From a virus: a stretch of 64,000 bases of DNA. Below the pieces are notes generated by a model. That model ran no database searches and was not told the DNA's origin. It saw only the letters and a program-made list of their open reading frames with translations. Shown here one piece after another: positions 18,161-27,116 of this stretch. Positions within the stretch are counted from its first letter, which is position 1, and every line of letters starts with the position of its first letter. A program made the translations under genes and the position numbers. Location: positions 52,682 through 116,681 of the IMG/VR virus record IMGVR_UViG_3300037189_015081. The stretch is one strand, 5' to 3'.

Positions 18161-18757
18161 GTGACAAACAAGCAAACCAAAAAAGAACAACTAAACCAGC
18201 TCCGCGAAAAGTGGAACTGGGACTCCAAGGAAGCGATCGAAGACCGGGTCACTTTCATTCTCAACAAAGCCCGCCAGGATTACCTGCGGGTGTACGGCAA
18301 GGCGGACGGGATCGCACTGGCGCGGTATCAGTCCGAGCTACTGCACGAAGATCGTGCGGTCGGGACGCAGCGTGCGATCCGACGACAGGAGCGGGCACGG
18401 GCTCGTAACCTGATCCTTGAAACCTTCAAGGATTTCCCACGGGACACTGTCACTGGCATGATTGCAGCCGGGGTGGTAGACGAGATTACCGGGTCAGAGC
18501 CCGAGGACGTCTTCGCCCAGATTGAGCTCGATCCAAGCGTGGCACGCGTCGAGACAGGACCAATCAGCCTGCCTAGCCCGGGGGATATGACGGGTGCTGA
18601 CGGGTCACTATTTGACGACCTGACTAGCCCGACGAACCTTGGCGCGCTTTTTGGCAACCGGGTTGCCTTGTCAAGCAGGTCAGCGAAGGCTCGTGAGATC
18701 GTGCAAGCGGTTTCTGGATCTGTCCAGTACCCTACAACAGAGTACCTAGCCTCGTAG
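18161..18757 (+). CDS. hypothetical protein
   Basis: GTG after an AAGGAG RBS. Confidence 0.6.
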   Translation: MTNKQTKKEQLNQLREKWNWDSKEAIEDRVTFILNKARQDYLRVYGKADGIALARYQSELLHEDRAVGTQRAIRRQERARARNLILETFKDFPRDTVTGMIAAGVVDEITGSEPEDVFAQIELDPSVARVETGPISLPSPGDMTGADGSLFDDLTSPTNLGALFGNRVALSSRSAKAREIVQAVSGSVQYPTTEYLAS

Positions 18758-18865
18758 GTTCAAGCTACTCGTAACGGAAGTGGTCACCAGGTTACTGGTG
18801 GCCATTTCTGTCATAGGTGCCTGATATAATTAGATATATCAACGCAATGACGAAAGGAGCCGATT

Positions 18866-19084
18866 ATGGCTGCTAATGAAATCCCTGAAACTCTGGTCAT
18901 CAACCTCAAGTTCTCTGTCGATCGAGACTGGATCGAGGAATACATCGCCGATGGCGAGGAAGTCACCTTGCAGATGATGCTTGACGCTCTTCGCGAACAG
19001 GCACTCGAATGGCTCGCAGATGACGCGTACAACATGGTTCAGACCGCTGACGTCTTCGACGGAGACGGAAACCAGGTCTGCTAG
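18866..19084 (+). CDS. acidic hypothetical cassette protein
   Basis: Promoter plus RBS. Confidence 0.7.
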   Translation: MAANEIPETLVINLKFSVDRDWIEEYIADGEEVTLQMMLDALREQALEWLADDAYNMVQTADVFDGDGNQVC

Positions 19085-19240
19085 TTGATTGGGTGTCACA
19101 GGCACCTGATATAATTAGATACATAAGCCCAAACCAAACGGTTTGGATATCCGGAGCGAAAGCACCTGATATAATTAGATACATCAAGCCAAACGGTTTG
19201 GTAAACGACGCAAGACAAAAACCGAAAGGACGTGATGATT

Positions 19241-19567
19241 ATGGCTACTGTCGAGATCACCACTACCATTACCACCCAGACCGAGGTCGCTGACCTCACC
19301 GGAACGAACGCAGCGGCCTTGCTCGCCGAGTTCGAGGAAACCAAGGCTGCCATCAAGGCGCTCGAGGAAAAGAAGGATGCTGCTGAAGCTCTCCTTCGCG
19401 AGCTGCTCGGTGACGCGGAGGTTGCCACCATCAACGGCGAGAAGCTGTTCAAGCTCGTACACGGCATGAACACTAGTTTCGACCGCGAGCTCATGAAGAA
19501 GGCATTCCCTGAAGCCTTCAGCGCGACGCTCAAGAAGAAGGCTTACACCTACATCAAGGCGATGTAG
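19241..19567 (+). CDS. coiled-coil hypothetical cassette protein
   Basis: Promoter plus GAAAGGA RBS. Confidence 0.7.
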   Translation: MATVEITTTITTQTEVADLTGTNAAALLAEFEETKAAIKALEEKKDAAEALLRELLGDAEVATINGEKLFKLVHGMNTSFDRELMKKAFPEAFSATLKKKAYTYIKAM

Positions 19568-19709
19568 GTTCCCAGACTGGATACCGCACGTATGCAGAAT
19601 GTTGCACAACGCGTGCGGTATCCTCCGGCCCTGGTGAGAATCCCCCCTCTCATCAGGGCCATTTCCATTAGTGCGCGGTATCGTAGACACCAGGTCAACA
19701 AGGAGAATC

Positions 19710-19880
19710 ATGAACACAGTTGCTGAGTTACTCAGTGTGGTAAAGACACTCGCGCCTTACGCGCGGATTGAGCAATATCTTGATGGCAACATTGTCATCG
19801 TCCTCAATGCGCGGTTGGCAGATGACAACGCGCACCTTGAACCTCTGGACGCTGACGTTTTTGACGCGGCAGGAGAGTAG
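19710..19880 (+). CDS. small hypothetical protein
   Basis: AAGGAG RBS before ATG 19710. Confidence 0.6.
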   Translation: MNTVAELLSVVKTLAPYARIEQYLDGNIVIVLNARLADDNAHLEPLDADVFDAAGE

Positions 19881-19950
19881 ATACCGCGCGGTCATTTGAA
19901 GTCGCCTGATATAATCATTACAGCAATACAAAATGACGAAAGGAGTCCTC

Positions 19951-20163
19951 ATGGACGCTACCAAACACGACTGCGAAGACGCCGGTGGGAACCTTGACTA
20001 CTGGGCAGAGACCTTCACCTGTGAGGACTGCGGCGCGGTACGCGCGGCAACTCAGAGCGAGCTTGATGACTACCGTGCCATGCTCCAGGAGGACTTTGAA
20101 AGGGACATGGCAATCATCTACCAGCAAGAACTCCGTGACGCCTCTGACGCTCTGGAGAGCTAG
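19951..20163 (+). CDS. small Zn-ribbon acidic protein
   Basis: HDC...CEDCG; promoter plus RBS. Confidence 0.65.
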   Translation: MDATKHDCEDAGGNLDYWAETFTCEDCGAVRAATQSELDDYRAMLQEDFERDMAIIYQQELRDASDALES

Positions 20164-20241
20164 CGCCCCGAGACTCGAGTACCTGATATAATAGGTACTA
20201 GCAACACGGAAACACAAAGACAAATGACGAAGGGAGTTGCC

Positions 20242-20424
20242 ATGGCAATTCGACTGACAGACGGAAACGCGTTCGCCATCATCGGTGAGGGACGCGAGGA
20301 ACTCAAAAAGCAGGGACGCAGCGATGAAATCGCCCAGTTCACTGCTGAAATGACCGCAGGTGACTACAATCACCTTTTGCAGACCATGCTCCGCTGGTTC
20401 CCAGACGTAGAGGTTGGTGAGTAA
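20242..20424 (+). CDS. conserved small phage protein
   Basis: DGNAFAIIG...GDYNHLL motif; promoter plus RBS. Confidence 0.7.
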   Translation: MAIRLTDGNAFAIIGEGREELKKQGRSDEIAQFTAEMTAGDYNHLLQTMLRWFPDVEVGE

Positions 20425-20772
20425 ATGAAGACAGCGCTTCGCGTCAACGCGGATCTCACCACTGAGGTCCTCGACCTGACCAATGACGAATACGACCAGC
20501 TCAGCAGAGCGGTGGATGGCTGGATTCAGGCCGTCAACCTAAACCCAAATCTCACCATCTGGTGTAATGAGGAAGGCAAGCTAAACGGCTTGCCAGTCAA
20601 CATCGCGGGAACAGCGGTCTGGGAGGAATACTTCGGCCGCACGGACGTAATCGTCGGAAACGTCGTATTCACTGGCACACCAGATGAGAATGGCGACACT
20701 CTTCCGCTCGCCGACTTCCAGGTTGCACAACTCCAGAAGATCGTCGCCAGCGTTCGCGAGCTGACGCAGTGA
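20425..20772 (+). CDS. DUF3846 family protein
   Basis: VDGWIQAV...WCNEEGKLNGLPVN...DVIVGNVVFTG. Confidence 0.85.
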   Translation: MKTALRVNADLTTEVLDLTNDEYDQLSRAVDGWIQAVNLNPNLTIWCNEEGKLNGLPVNIAGTAVWEEYFGRTDVIVGNVVFTGTPDENGDTLPLADFQVAQLQKIVASVRELTQ

Positions 20773-20960
20773 CCGAGCGCAAGAAGGCGAAAGGTGCGGG
20801 CGTCTGGGAAATCCTGGACGCTCACACCGGCGCACGTCTGAACAAGTTTCGTGCGCGGCGTCAAGCAGATGTCGATCGAAACATGCAAATCGTTCTCGTG
20901 GGTCTCGGTAAACAGCCAGACGACGTCAAACTCGTGTTCGTCGCAGACTGGGAAGACTAG
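20769..20960 (+). CDS. hypothetical protein
   Basis: GTGA coupling. Confidence 0.6.
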   Translation: MTERKKAKGAGVWEILDAHTGARLNKFRARRQADVDRNMQIVLVGLGKQPDDVKLVFVADWED

Positions 20961-21021
20961 ACCGCGCGGTAACTAGAGTACCTGATATAATTAGAATATC
21001 AGCACGACGAAAGGACACCAC

Positions 21022-21192
21022 ATGAACACTGTAAAAGAAGTTCTGGAACTCCTGGAAACAAAAATAACCGAGACTCAGGAAGAAATCGACGCGGCAGACG
21101 CCGCAGGCGAAACTTCAGAGCTCGAGTACCTTGACGGTCTCATGGAAGCGTACACGCTTATCGAAACCGCAATCAAAACCAAGAGAGACTGA
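21022..21192 (+). CDS. small acidic helical protein, 56 aa
   Basis: Hand translation after promoter 20981 and its RBS. Confidence 0.7.
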   Translation: MNTVKEVLELLETKITETQEEIDAADAAGETSELEYLDGLMEAYTLIETAIKTKRD

Positions 21193-21199
21193 GGTAGCC

Positions 21200-21412
21200 A
21201 TGACAGAAAACATCTGCACGGACTGCGGGCTAACGCCAGGCTATGAAATAGCCCAGCACTCTCTCAACAAGGCCGCCTTTATCAAACTTGACTCTGTGAA
21301 AGGCGTCATGATGACCGCAAACCAGCCAGACTACGCTGCGGCCATTGAAAAGGTTCTCACGGAATGGCGAACGCACGCTCTTCCAGCCTGTGATCCGTTG
21401 GCAATATCGTGA
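21200..21412 (+). CDS. hypothetical protein
   Basis: GAGG RBS; MTENICTDCG. Confidence 0.6.
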   Translation: MTENICTDCGLTPGYEIAQHSLNKAAFIKLDSVKGVMMTANQPDYAAAIEKVLTEWRTHALPACDPLAIS

Positions 21413-21639
21413 AAGCCGTCTACTGGATCCAGGCCAGAATGAAAGGTGCCGTTTGGTACCTTGAACGAGGATACATACCAGTCTGGCTGTATGCGGCAAT
21501 CCACTTCACACTCTGGGCGATTGGGTTTACATTACTCGTTCTTCTCCAGCCGCTTATTCTTCTCGCCGACAGGCGCGAATCCCGGTCCCGACAGGGACTA
21601 GAAAATGAAACAATGACGAAAGGACAGGTGGTCGTATGA
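21409..21639 (+). CDS. small membrane protein
   Basis: Hydrophobic stretch; coupled overlaps. Confidence 0.5.
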   Translation: MKAVYWIQARMKGAVWYLERGYIPVWLYAAIHFTLWAIGFTLLVLLQPLILLADRRESRSRQGLENETMTKGQVVV

Positions 21640-21935
21640 CAACCGAAATCGAAACAGCAACTGCACCCACGGCAACAGCGAAGAAGCTCGTTCGCGTAAA
21701 ACCATACACGCGAACTGAAGAGCTCCCTGAACTTGCCGAGGGAGTGACCCTTCCCGCAGGATACACGCCCGCCTACTTCCGTAAGCGCAAGACCCTTGCG
21801 GTTTTGCGCGCGGTTGACCGAACGCACTACTTGGTGTTCGACACCTCAACTGGAAACAAGTTGAAGGTGGGAACCTGCAAGGAAGCGTCGTCCACGATGA
21901 GCGAGATTCGTCGAGGACTCAAGACCTTCGCGTAA
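21636..21935 (+). CDS. basic hypothetical protein
   Basis: TGACGAAAGGA upstream; terminator-like hairpin at about 21954-21992 downstream. Confidence 0.65.
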   Translation: MTTEIETATAPTATAKKLVRVKPYTRTEELPELAEGVTLPAGYTPAYFRKRKTLAVLRAVDRTHYLVFDTSTGNKLKVGTCKEASSTMSEIRRGLKTFA

Positions 21936-22064
21936 ATGCCTCCTCGCGAAGAAAAAGGAGAGACCCGGACTGGACCCCGGGTCTCTTCCTTTATGCGGCT
22001 GATGACCAGTCTGGAGTGCATGATATAATTAGAATATCACGGCAACCAGACGGAAGGAGATGCC

Positions 22065-22235
22065 ATGGCTAAAAACAAAAAGCCTAAGGGCACGGAGAAT
22101 AAGGCGTACATCGAAGGTATGCGTCAGATTCGCCGCTCCAATGCCGCGGGAACGCATGACAGCCGTCCCAACCGCGAACGCACTCGTTCCGCTGCGCGGA
22201 ACAAGGCAATTCACGAATATCGTGACATCTCGTAG
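22065..22235 (+). CDS. small basic protein, 56 aa
   Basis: Hand translation MAKNKKPKG...RRSNAAGTHDSRPNRERTRSAA after the variant promoter and GACGGAAGGA. Confidence 0.7.
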   Translation: MAKNKKPKGTENKAYIEGMRQIRRSNAAGTHDSRPNRERTRSAARNKAIHEYRDIS

Positions 22236-22311
22236 CAAATAGAGTAAATACTCCAAAGCACCTGATATAATAGATATATCAGCACAACGACGCATGACGG
22301 AAGGAACCATC

Positions 22312-22545
22312 ATGAATGAAAAACCAAAGTACATCATCCGACGAGCCATCATTGGACTCGCAAGCGTACCATTCATCGCCTCCATCTACACCATCGGATA
22401 CTCACTGCTCGTACTCGCAGGAGTAAACCCAACCAGCACGTTCGACGGTGTAATGGTGAACGGTGTCATCATCGGATTCGCGGTAGCAATCGTCTTCACC
22501 TTCATCAAGCAGGTAGTGCGATTCGCGGCATGGATCACGGAGTAA
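22312..22545 (+). CDS. 2-TM membrane protein
   Basis: Promoter plus RBS; two hydrophobic helices. Confidence 0.7.
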   Translation: MNEKPKYIIRRAIIGLASVPFIASIYTIGYSLLVLAGVNPTSTFDGVMVNGVIIGFAVAIVFTFIKQVVRFAAWITE

Positions 22546-22649
22546 CGACATGACAACCAGCACGTACGCAATCTTCGTATCAATTCCGTTCACCAAACTT
22601 CAACTCGAGATCGAGATCGATCTCCCGCTCTTCAGAAAGGCAGGACGCC

Positions 22650-22922
22650 ATGAGTCTTGAAAATCTACAAATCATCTCAACCGATCACCACCGCAACGGT
22701 GTCGGAGGACACCCGTTCCGCGTCGCACTTGTCGACGACCCGAACGAAGGCGACACGAAACTCGTCATCATGTTCGCGGAACCAGGTTACACCGCGGTGC
22801 TATCGCTCGACAAGCTGATTCAGGACGAGGACATCGCCTTTGGATCAAACTCGTGGAGAGGCGACAAATACGAAGACGCTCTCCGCGACAAGCTCTTCTC
22901 CAGCGATGACGAGGACGACTAA
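22650..22922 (+). CDS. conserved phage hypothetical protein
   Basis: HHRNGVGGHPF...NSWRGD. Confidence 0.7.
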   Translation: MSLENLQIISTDHHRNGVGGHPFRVALVDDPNEGDTKLVIMFAEPGYTAVLSLDKLIQDEDIAFGSNSWRGDKYEDALRDKLFSSDDEDD

Positions 22923-22924
22923 CC

Positions 22925-23254
22925 ATGACCTCGACAGTTTCGATCCGTACGATCCTTGACCAAATCGTTTCCGGTGAACACGATGACCATCTTGCGGTTA
23001 TCATGAGCACCGCGAGTACGCGGCTAACCAGAGTACGCGGCAGCGTTGAGTATGGAATCGGCGACAGGGTCAGATTCAACTCAGCCTGTGGAACCAAGTA
23101 CCTGATTGGACACACTGCCCAGGTCGTGGGCAAACGACGCACCAAGGTCGTCGTCAAACTCGACAAACCAACAGGTCGATTCATTCGCATGACATCCGAT
23201 GGACCAGTCAGCGCGGAAATCACTGTTCCACCTGCAATCATTGACCTCGCCTAG
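22925..23254 (+). CDS. SH3/KOW-like protein
   Basis: IGDRVRF...KYLIGHTAQVV...TKVVVKLD. Confidence 0.65.
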   Translation: MTSTVSIRTILDQIVSGEHDDHLAVIMSTASTRLTRVRGSVEYGIGDRVRFNSACGTKYLIGHTAQVVGKRRTKVVVKLDKPTGRFIRMTSDGPVSAEITVPPAIIDLA

Positions 23255-23307
23255 TCAATACAGCCATTTTCCACACCTTCTTGATACTATTCACCTAAGG
23301 AGTTACC

Positions 23308-23472
23308 ATGACAGAACCATTGATAAACGCCTGGTACCCTGACGGAACCTGGGTTGGCTCATTCGTAAGCGCGGAATACGCAAAGGAATGGCTAACCAAC
23401 GCGGGTTACAAGATCGACGAGTGCGAGGTTTCAAACCGTCGCTACGTTCGTCCTGAAAAGAAAGAAGAATAG
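23308..23472 (+). CDS. small hypothetical protein, 54 aa
   Basis: TAAGGAG RBS; hand translation. Confidence 0.6.
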   Translation: MTEPLINAWYPDGTWVGSFVSAEYAKEWLTNAGYKIDECEVSNRRYVRPEKKEE

Positions 23473-23476
23473 CAAC

Positions 23477-23626
23477 ATGGAACCATGGACAATTCTCGGT
23501 TGGATTCTCGTTTTCCTCGCCGTGTTCGTAGGGGTTGTGTTCTGTATCGCCGTTATCGCCGCGCTATGGATCTCGATCAAGGGTGCAGGCGCCGACCTTC
23601 GCGGTAAAAGCCACAATAAGAACTAG
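23477..23626 (+). CDS. small membrane protein, 49 aa
   Basis: MEPWTILGWILVFLAVF... Confidence 0.55.
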   Translation: MEPWTILGWILVFLAVFVGVVFCIAVIAALWISIKGAGADLRGKSHNKN

Positions 23627-23777
23627 CGCAATGGACAGCAAACTTTCCAGCGCGGTTATCGCCTTGGCCTGCGCGGTTGCCATCGTGATTATTCTTGCTA
23701 TCTCAGCAACAGGTGCCAGGTAAAATCTTCCCAACCTACCTGATATAATAAGTAATACAAGAGACGAAAGGACGCAC

Positions 23778-24053
23778 ATGGACAAAGAAAAAGTCATCTA
23801 CTCTGTGCCAGTCAATGTCAAGCGCGCCGTAAAAATTACCAAGGAAAAAAACGCGCAAGCCGAGGCACTAGCCAAGGCCGCTGTTGAGCCAGCGCCACTC
23901 GGGCCAATCAGATCCTGGATCAAGTATCACACGACCAAGGACGAATACGGTTTCGTACCAGTCGAAACCCGTGAAGCCTACATCATTGTAGGTATCTGCT
24001 ACATCATTTTCCTACCCGTTGCCATTTGCGGCATCGTAATTGCCTTAACCTAA
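23778..24053 (+). CDS. membrane protein (C-terminal TM)
   Basis: Promoter plus RBS. Confidence 0.7.
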   Translation: MDKEKVIYSVPVNVKRAVKITKEKNAQAEALAKAAVEPAPLGPIRSWIKYHTTKDEYGFVPVETREAYIIVGICYIIFLPVAICGIVIALT

Positions 24054-24062
24054 GGAGCAAAC

Positions 24063-24344
24063 ATGAAGGATTACTCAACATACTTCGCCGGATACCGCTA
24101 CCGTCGCTACGCGGCAGCCTTGTGGCTCGCTGATCTGCTTTGGGCGGCCGGAATAACAGTCATCGCGGTTTTTGACGCAAATGACTGGTTTGAAATTCTC
24201 GCAGCCGCTCTTCTGATCTTTGCGGGCATATCGTCAATCACGGTTGCCGCTCTACACTTCGTTCACCTTTCACGCGCCGAGTTTGCAAAGATTCGACCGC
24301 TTATCGGGGTGGTCAGCCCTTTCGACTGGAGGTACGGACAGTGA
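24063..24344 (+). CDS. 2-TM membrane protein
   Basis: TAAGGAG RBS. Confidence 0.7.
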   Translation: MKDYSTYFAGYRYRRYAAALWLADLLWAAGITVIAVFDANDWFEILAAALLIFAGISSITVAALHFVHLSRAEFAKIRPLIGVVSPFDWRYGQ

Positions 24345-24481
24345 AAAACGCAATACTGTTCAGTACCTACGGAATGACAGCCCCGTGTCACCATTGCGGC
24401 AGCCCGGTTCGCGAAGGAATAAAGTTCTGCGACCCGTACTGCAGCGTGAGCTACAAGGCGAAACAGCAAGGTGCCAAATGA
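24341..24481 (+). CDS. small Zn-ribbon protein, 46 aa
   Basis: CHHCG...FCDPYC; coupled overlaps on both sides. Confidence 0.55.
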   Translation: MKNAILFSTYGMTAPCHHCGSPVREGIKFCDPYCSVSYKAKQQGAK

Positions 24482-24786
24482 CACGCGGCACTGACCAGCG
24501 AGAAAAGATCTACGTTCGCCAAGCCTGTGAGATCTGCAAGGGTGACGAGGTTCTCGTATACGAGGCAGGCGACCAGCTGCTTTGCGCGGAACACACGCGC
24601 AAACATCTGCGCGCCAACCCGACCAAGCAAACCTGTGACACCTGCGGGTCAGATCAAAACGTGTTCCGCGACCCATCACATCGTCGCAATGAGTATCTCT
24701 GCATGAGCTGTCACAATGTGAACGGATTCAAGGTTCAGGACTCTGTCACGATGCGTGCGCTGCGTAACATCGCGGGAGGTTCATGA
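24478..24786 (+). CDS. double Zn-finger protein
   Basis: CEIC...LCAEH, CDTC...LCMSCH. Confidence 0.65.
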   Translation: MTRGTDQREKIYVRQACEICKGDEVLVYEAGDQLLCAEHTRKHLRANPTKQTCDTCGSDQNVFRDPSHRRNEYLCMSCHNVNGFKVQDSVTMRALRNIAGGS

Positions 24787-24968
24787 TGGGAGAAATCCAG
24801 CAGGTCGCCGAGTTGTATCTTGGCGGTAAATCACTCGTCGAGGTTGCAGCGGCGATGGACATAACGTACGGCAAGGCGAGAAAGTTGCTTGCCGCTTCAG
24901 GAACAGAGCTTCGCGACCCGTCGAAGCGACTAGTTGGGCGCACGCGCCCGGAAAAGGAAAAGAAATGA
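24783..24968 (+). CDS. HTH protein
   Basis: LYLGGKSLVEVAAAMDITYGKARKLL..SGTELR. Confidence 0.75.
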   Translation: MMGEIQQVAELYLGGKSLVEVAAAMDITYGKARKLLAASGTELRDPSKRLVGRTRPEKEKK

Positions 24969-25132
24969 GATTCACTCGTTTTATTCGCTCGATCGTTTGG
25001 CCCGCAGTACTTGCCGTCGCGTTTGGCATCGCGGCACTTGCCGTCGCGTTTCTTTCATCGGGCGATCTTGCCCAGGTAATCGCGCTTTCATCAGCCGCGG
25101 TAACATCTGCTCTTCTCGCAACGCGCGCATAA
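24965..25132 (+). CDS. small 2-TM membrane protein, 55 aa
   Basis: ATGA coupling; hand translation. Confidence 0.6.
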   Translation: MRFTRFIRSIVWPAVLAVAFGIAALAVAFLSSGDLAQVIALSSAAVTSALLATRA

Positions 25133-25257
25133 CCTGACAAAAAGGTTTCAAACTTTTTTGAACTTTTTTAGCAAAATGACTCCAAATGAGCAATTGACCT
25201 GATATAATAGATCTATCAACGCCAAACGGCTAGATAAAACGACGGAAGGACAATGCC

Positions 25258-25500
25258 ATGGAAAAGAAATTCTGCCTCCTCAAGATCTCGGACGGTACTC
25301 GCGGAGCGAGCGGCAAGAAGAAGATCTACGAAGTAACTGTCAGCGGTCGCAAGGTGACCATGAGCTGGGGAATGGCTGAGAAGCCAAACCGTCAGACCAA
25401 GGTCGAATACGGCTACACGGAAAACGACGCGATGCAGATCGCGACCAACAAGGTCGGCGAGAAGCTCATCAGCGGATACCAGATGGCGTACAGCGTCTAG
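25258..25500 (+). CDS. WGR-like domain protein
   Basis: KKIYEVTVSG..VTMSWG...A.......EKLISGY. Confidence 0.7.
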   Translation: MEKKFCLLKISDGTRGASGKKKIYEVTVSGRKVTMSWGMAEKPNRQTKVEYGYTENDAMQIATNKVGEKLISGYQMAYSV

Positions 25501-25512
25501 CAAAAAATCTCC

Positions 25513-25550
25513 AGGAGAGGAGACGCCGAAAGGCGTCTCCTTTCTCCATT
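25513..25550 (+). terminator. intrinsic terminator
   Basis: AGGAGACGCC-GAAA-GGCGTCTCCT then TTCTCC. Confidence 0.75.
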
Positions 25551-25617
25551 TGTCGCGCAACTCCAAAGTACCTGATATAATAGATACATCAGCAAGCCAA
25601 ACAAACAAGGAGTCAAT

Positions 25618-25740
25618 ATGAAGCGATACATCGACATCGAGGAAATCCAACTCATCGCAGGAGTAACTGCAACCATTCTCGCCATCGCCGGATTCGTCAC
25701 CTTCGTGGTAACCATCGCTTACCTGGCAAGCGTGCGCTAG
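25618..25740 (+). CDS. small membrane protein, 40 aa
   Basis: Promoter 25571 plus AAGGAG RBS. Confidence 0.6.
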   Translation: MKRYIDIEEIQLIAGVTATILAIAGFVTFVVTIAYLASVR

Positions 25741-25809
25741 TAGGCGCGCCGCTCCAAAGGCACCTGATATAATTACATACATAACGACGCGACGACCAGA
25801 GGAGACGCC

Positions 25810-26388
25810 ATGACATCAACACTCATCACCAACGCGGCAAGCGAAAAACAAATCAACTTCATCAAGACACTCGTCGACGAACGAGAAATGACGCAGGACG
25901 AGCGCGACGCACGACGCATGACCACCCACCTGCTCACCAAGAAAACCGCGAGCGACCTCATCGACACCCTGCTCAAGCTACCAAAGCGCACGGACAAGGT
26001 CGCCTTCACTTCAACCGCGACAGGTTCACTGCAGGAGGCGTTAGCCAAGGCGCCCAAATCCAAGTACGCGATACCCGTCGATGAAATCGACATCGTTGTC
26101 GAAAACACGCCGATGCATGGTGACCTGCTCTTCATCGAAATCCGCGAATACATGAACCGCCTGTTCATGCGCCGCCTGACCGGAGCACCCGGCGGATTCA
26201 GCCGCTGGCACGTAAACCCCAAGGATGCAACCACCATCGTGGAACACATCGCCAAGGACCCATACCGTTACGCAAAAATCTTCGGTAAGCACTACAGCTG
26301 CTGCGGAAGTTGCGGCGCAGAACTAACCGACCCGGTAAGCCGCGAGCTCCAGCTCGGCCCGGAATGCCGAAAAAAGTTCGGAAAATGA
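25810..26388 (+). CDS. DUF6011-like Zn-finger protein
   Basis: ASEKQINFI N-terminus; CGSCGAELTDPVSRELQLGPEC. Confidence 0.75.
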   Translation: MTSTLITNAASEKQINFIKTLVDEREMTQDERDARRMTTHLLTKKTASDLIDTLLKLPKRTDKVAFTSTATGSLQEALAKAPKSKYAIPVDEIDIVVENTPMHGDLLFIEIREYMNRLFMRRLTGAPGGFSRWHVNPKDATTIVEHIAKDPYRYAKIFGKHYSCCGSCGAELTDPVSRELQLGPECRKKFGK

Positions 26389-26429
26389 AACCATGGTGAT
26401 AAAATCACCAATAACGAAAGGAGCCAGAC

Positions 26430-26639
26430 ATGGCCGACGTAATCGCACACAAAATCACAGCAACAGACTCAACCGGTGAAATCCTCATCCAGTACGTTCA
26501 ACCAGCATTCCTTCGACAGGTACGCAACATCCTCCAGGAGGAAGGTTACGACATCGTCAACGAGGAAGAAGTAACCGAACTACCAAGCGGGGTAGACTTC
26601 GACGTCACACCAGTAGAAAACACTGACGCCGTGGAATAA
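26430..26639 (+). CDS. acidic hypothetical protein
   Basis: TGATAAAAT variant promoter and ACGAAAGGAG RBS. Confidence 0.7.
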   Translation: MADVIAHKITATDSTGEILIQYVQPAFLRQVRNILQEEGYDIVNEEEVTELPSGVDFDVTPVENTDAVE

Positions 26640-26698
26640 CACGCACCCGTCCGGGGGGACATCAACCAATGACACAATGACGAAAGGAATGATGCCCT

Positions 26699-27082
26699 AT
26701 GTGGATCTTCACTGAAACCGGATTCGTATCCGCCGTACAACACCGCGACAACCCCGACCTGCTCGTCGTCCGCGGTCGAGACATGCTCTCACTCGAACCA
26801 ATCACAAACAAGTTCCCTGAACTCGACATCACCAGCAACGCGACAAGCGACTACCCGCACCGAATCATCATGCCCAAAACAAAGTTCAACGACTGGGTAG
26901 GCGAAAGCATCACGGACCTGAACTACCCCAACTTCAAAAACCAGGTAGCCAAGGTACGCGGAAACGCGTTCGCAGGACTACTCGGCAAGGTCTGGGGTAT
27001 CATGCTCGGGGCCGAGGACGAGGAAGCCCGTCGCGTACGCGCCGCGTACGACCGCAAACACGGATTCGCGGAATACCGCTAA
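26699..27082 (+). CDS. conserved phage hypothetical protein
   Basis: MWIFTETGFVSAV...DYPHR...YPNFK; TGACGAAAGGA RBS. Confidence 0.75.
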   Translation: MWIFTETGFVSAVQHRDNPDLLVVRGRDMLSLEPITNKFPELDITSNATSDYPHRIIMPKTKFNDWVGESITDLNYPNFKNQVAKVRGNAFAGLLGKVWGIMLGAEDEEARRVRAAYDRKHGFAEYR

Positions 27083-27116
27083 CCACAAAACCACTGACCA
27101 GGACACCCGGCCAGTA

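Larger units (their letters stand above)
10924..25773 (+). promoter_or_regulatory. repeated extended -10 promoter CCTGATATAAT (22 exact copies) with downstream conserved RBS ACGACGAAAGGA/GACGGAAGGA
   Basis: CCTG at 10924, 11847, 12050, 12313, 12738, 13278, 13911, 14214, 14726, 15847, 17755, 18820, 19105, 19165, 19905, 20182, 20981, 22261, 23739, 25198, 25571, 25763; variant CATGATATAAT at 22019; TGnTATAAT is the SigA extended -10. Confidence 0.9.

Noticed and set aside
10922-25773. CCTGATATAAT repeats as a CRISPR array or integron attC sites
   Set aside because: Spacing is irregular (60 bp to about 2 kb) and the spacers are ORFs; the repeat is a non-palindromic promoter; no cas or integrase gene is visible in the window.
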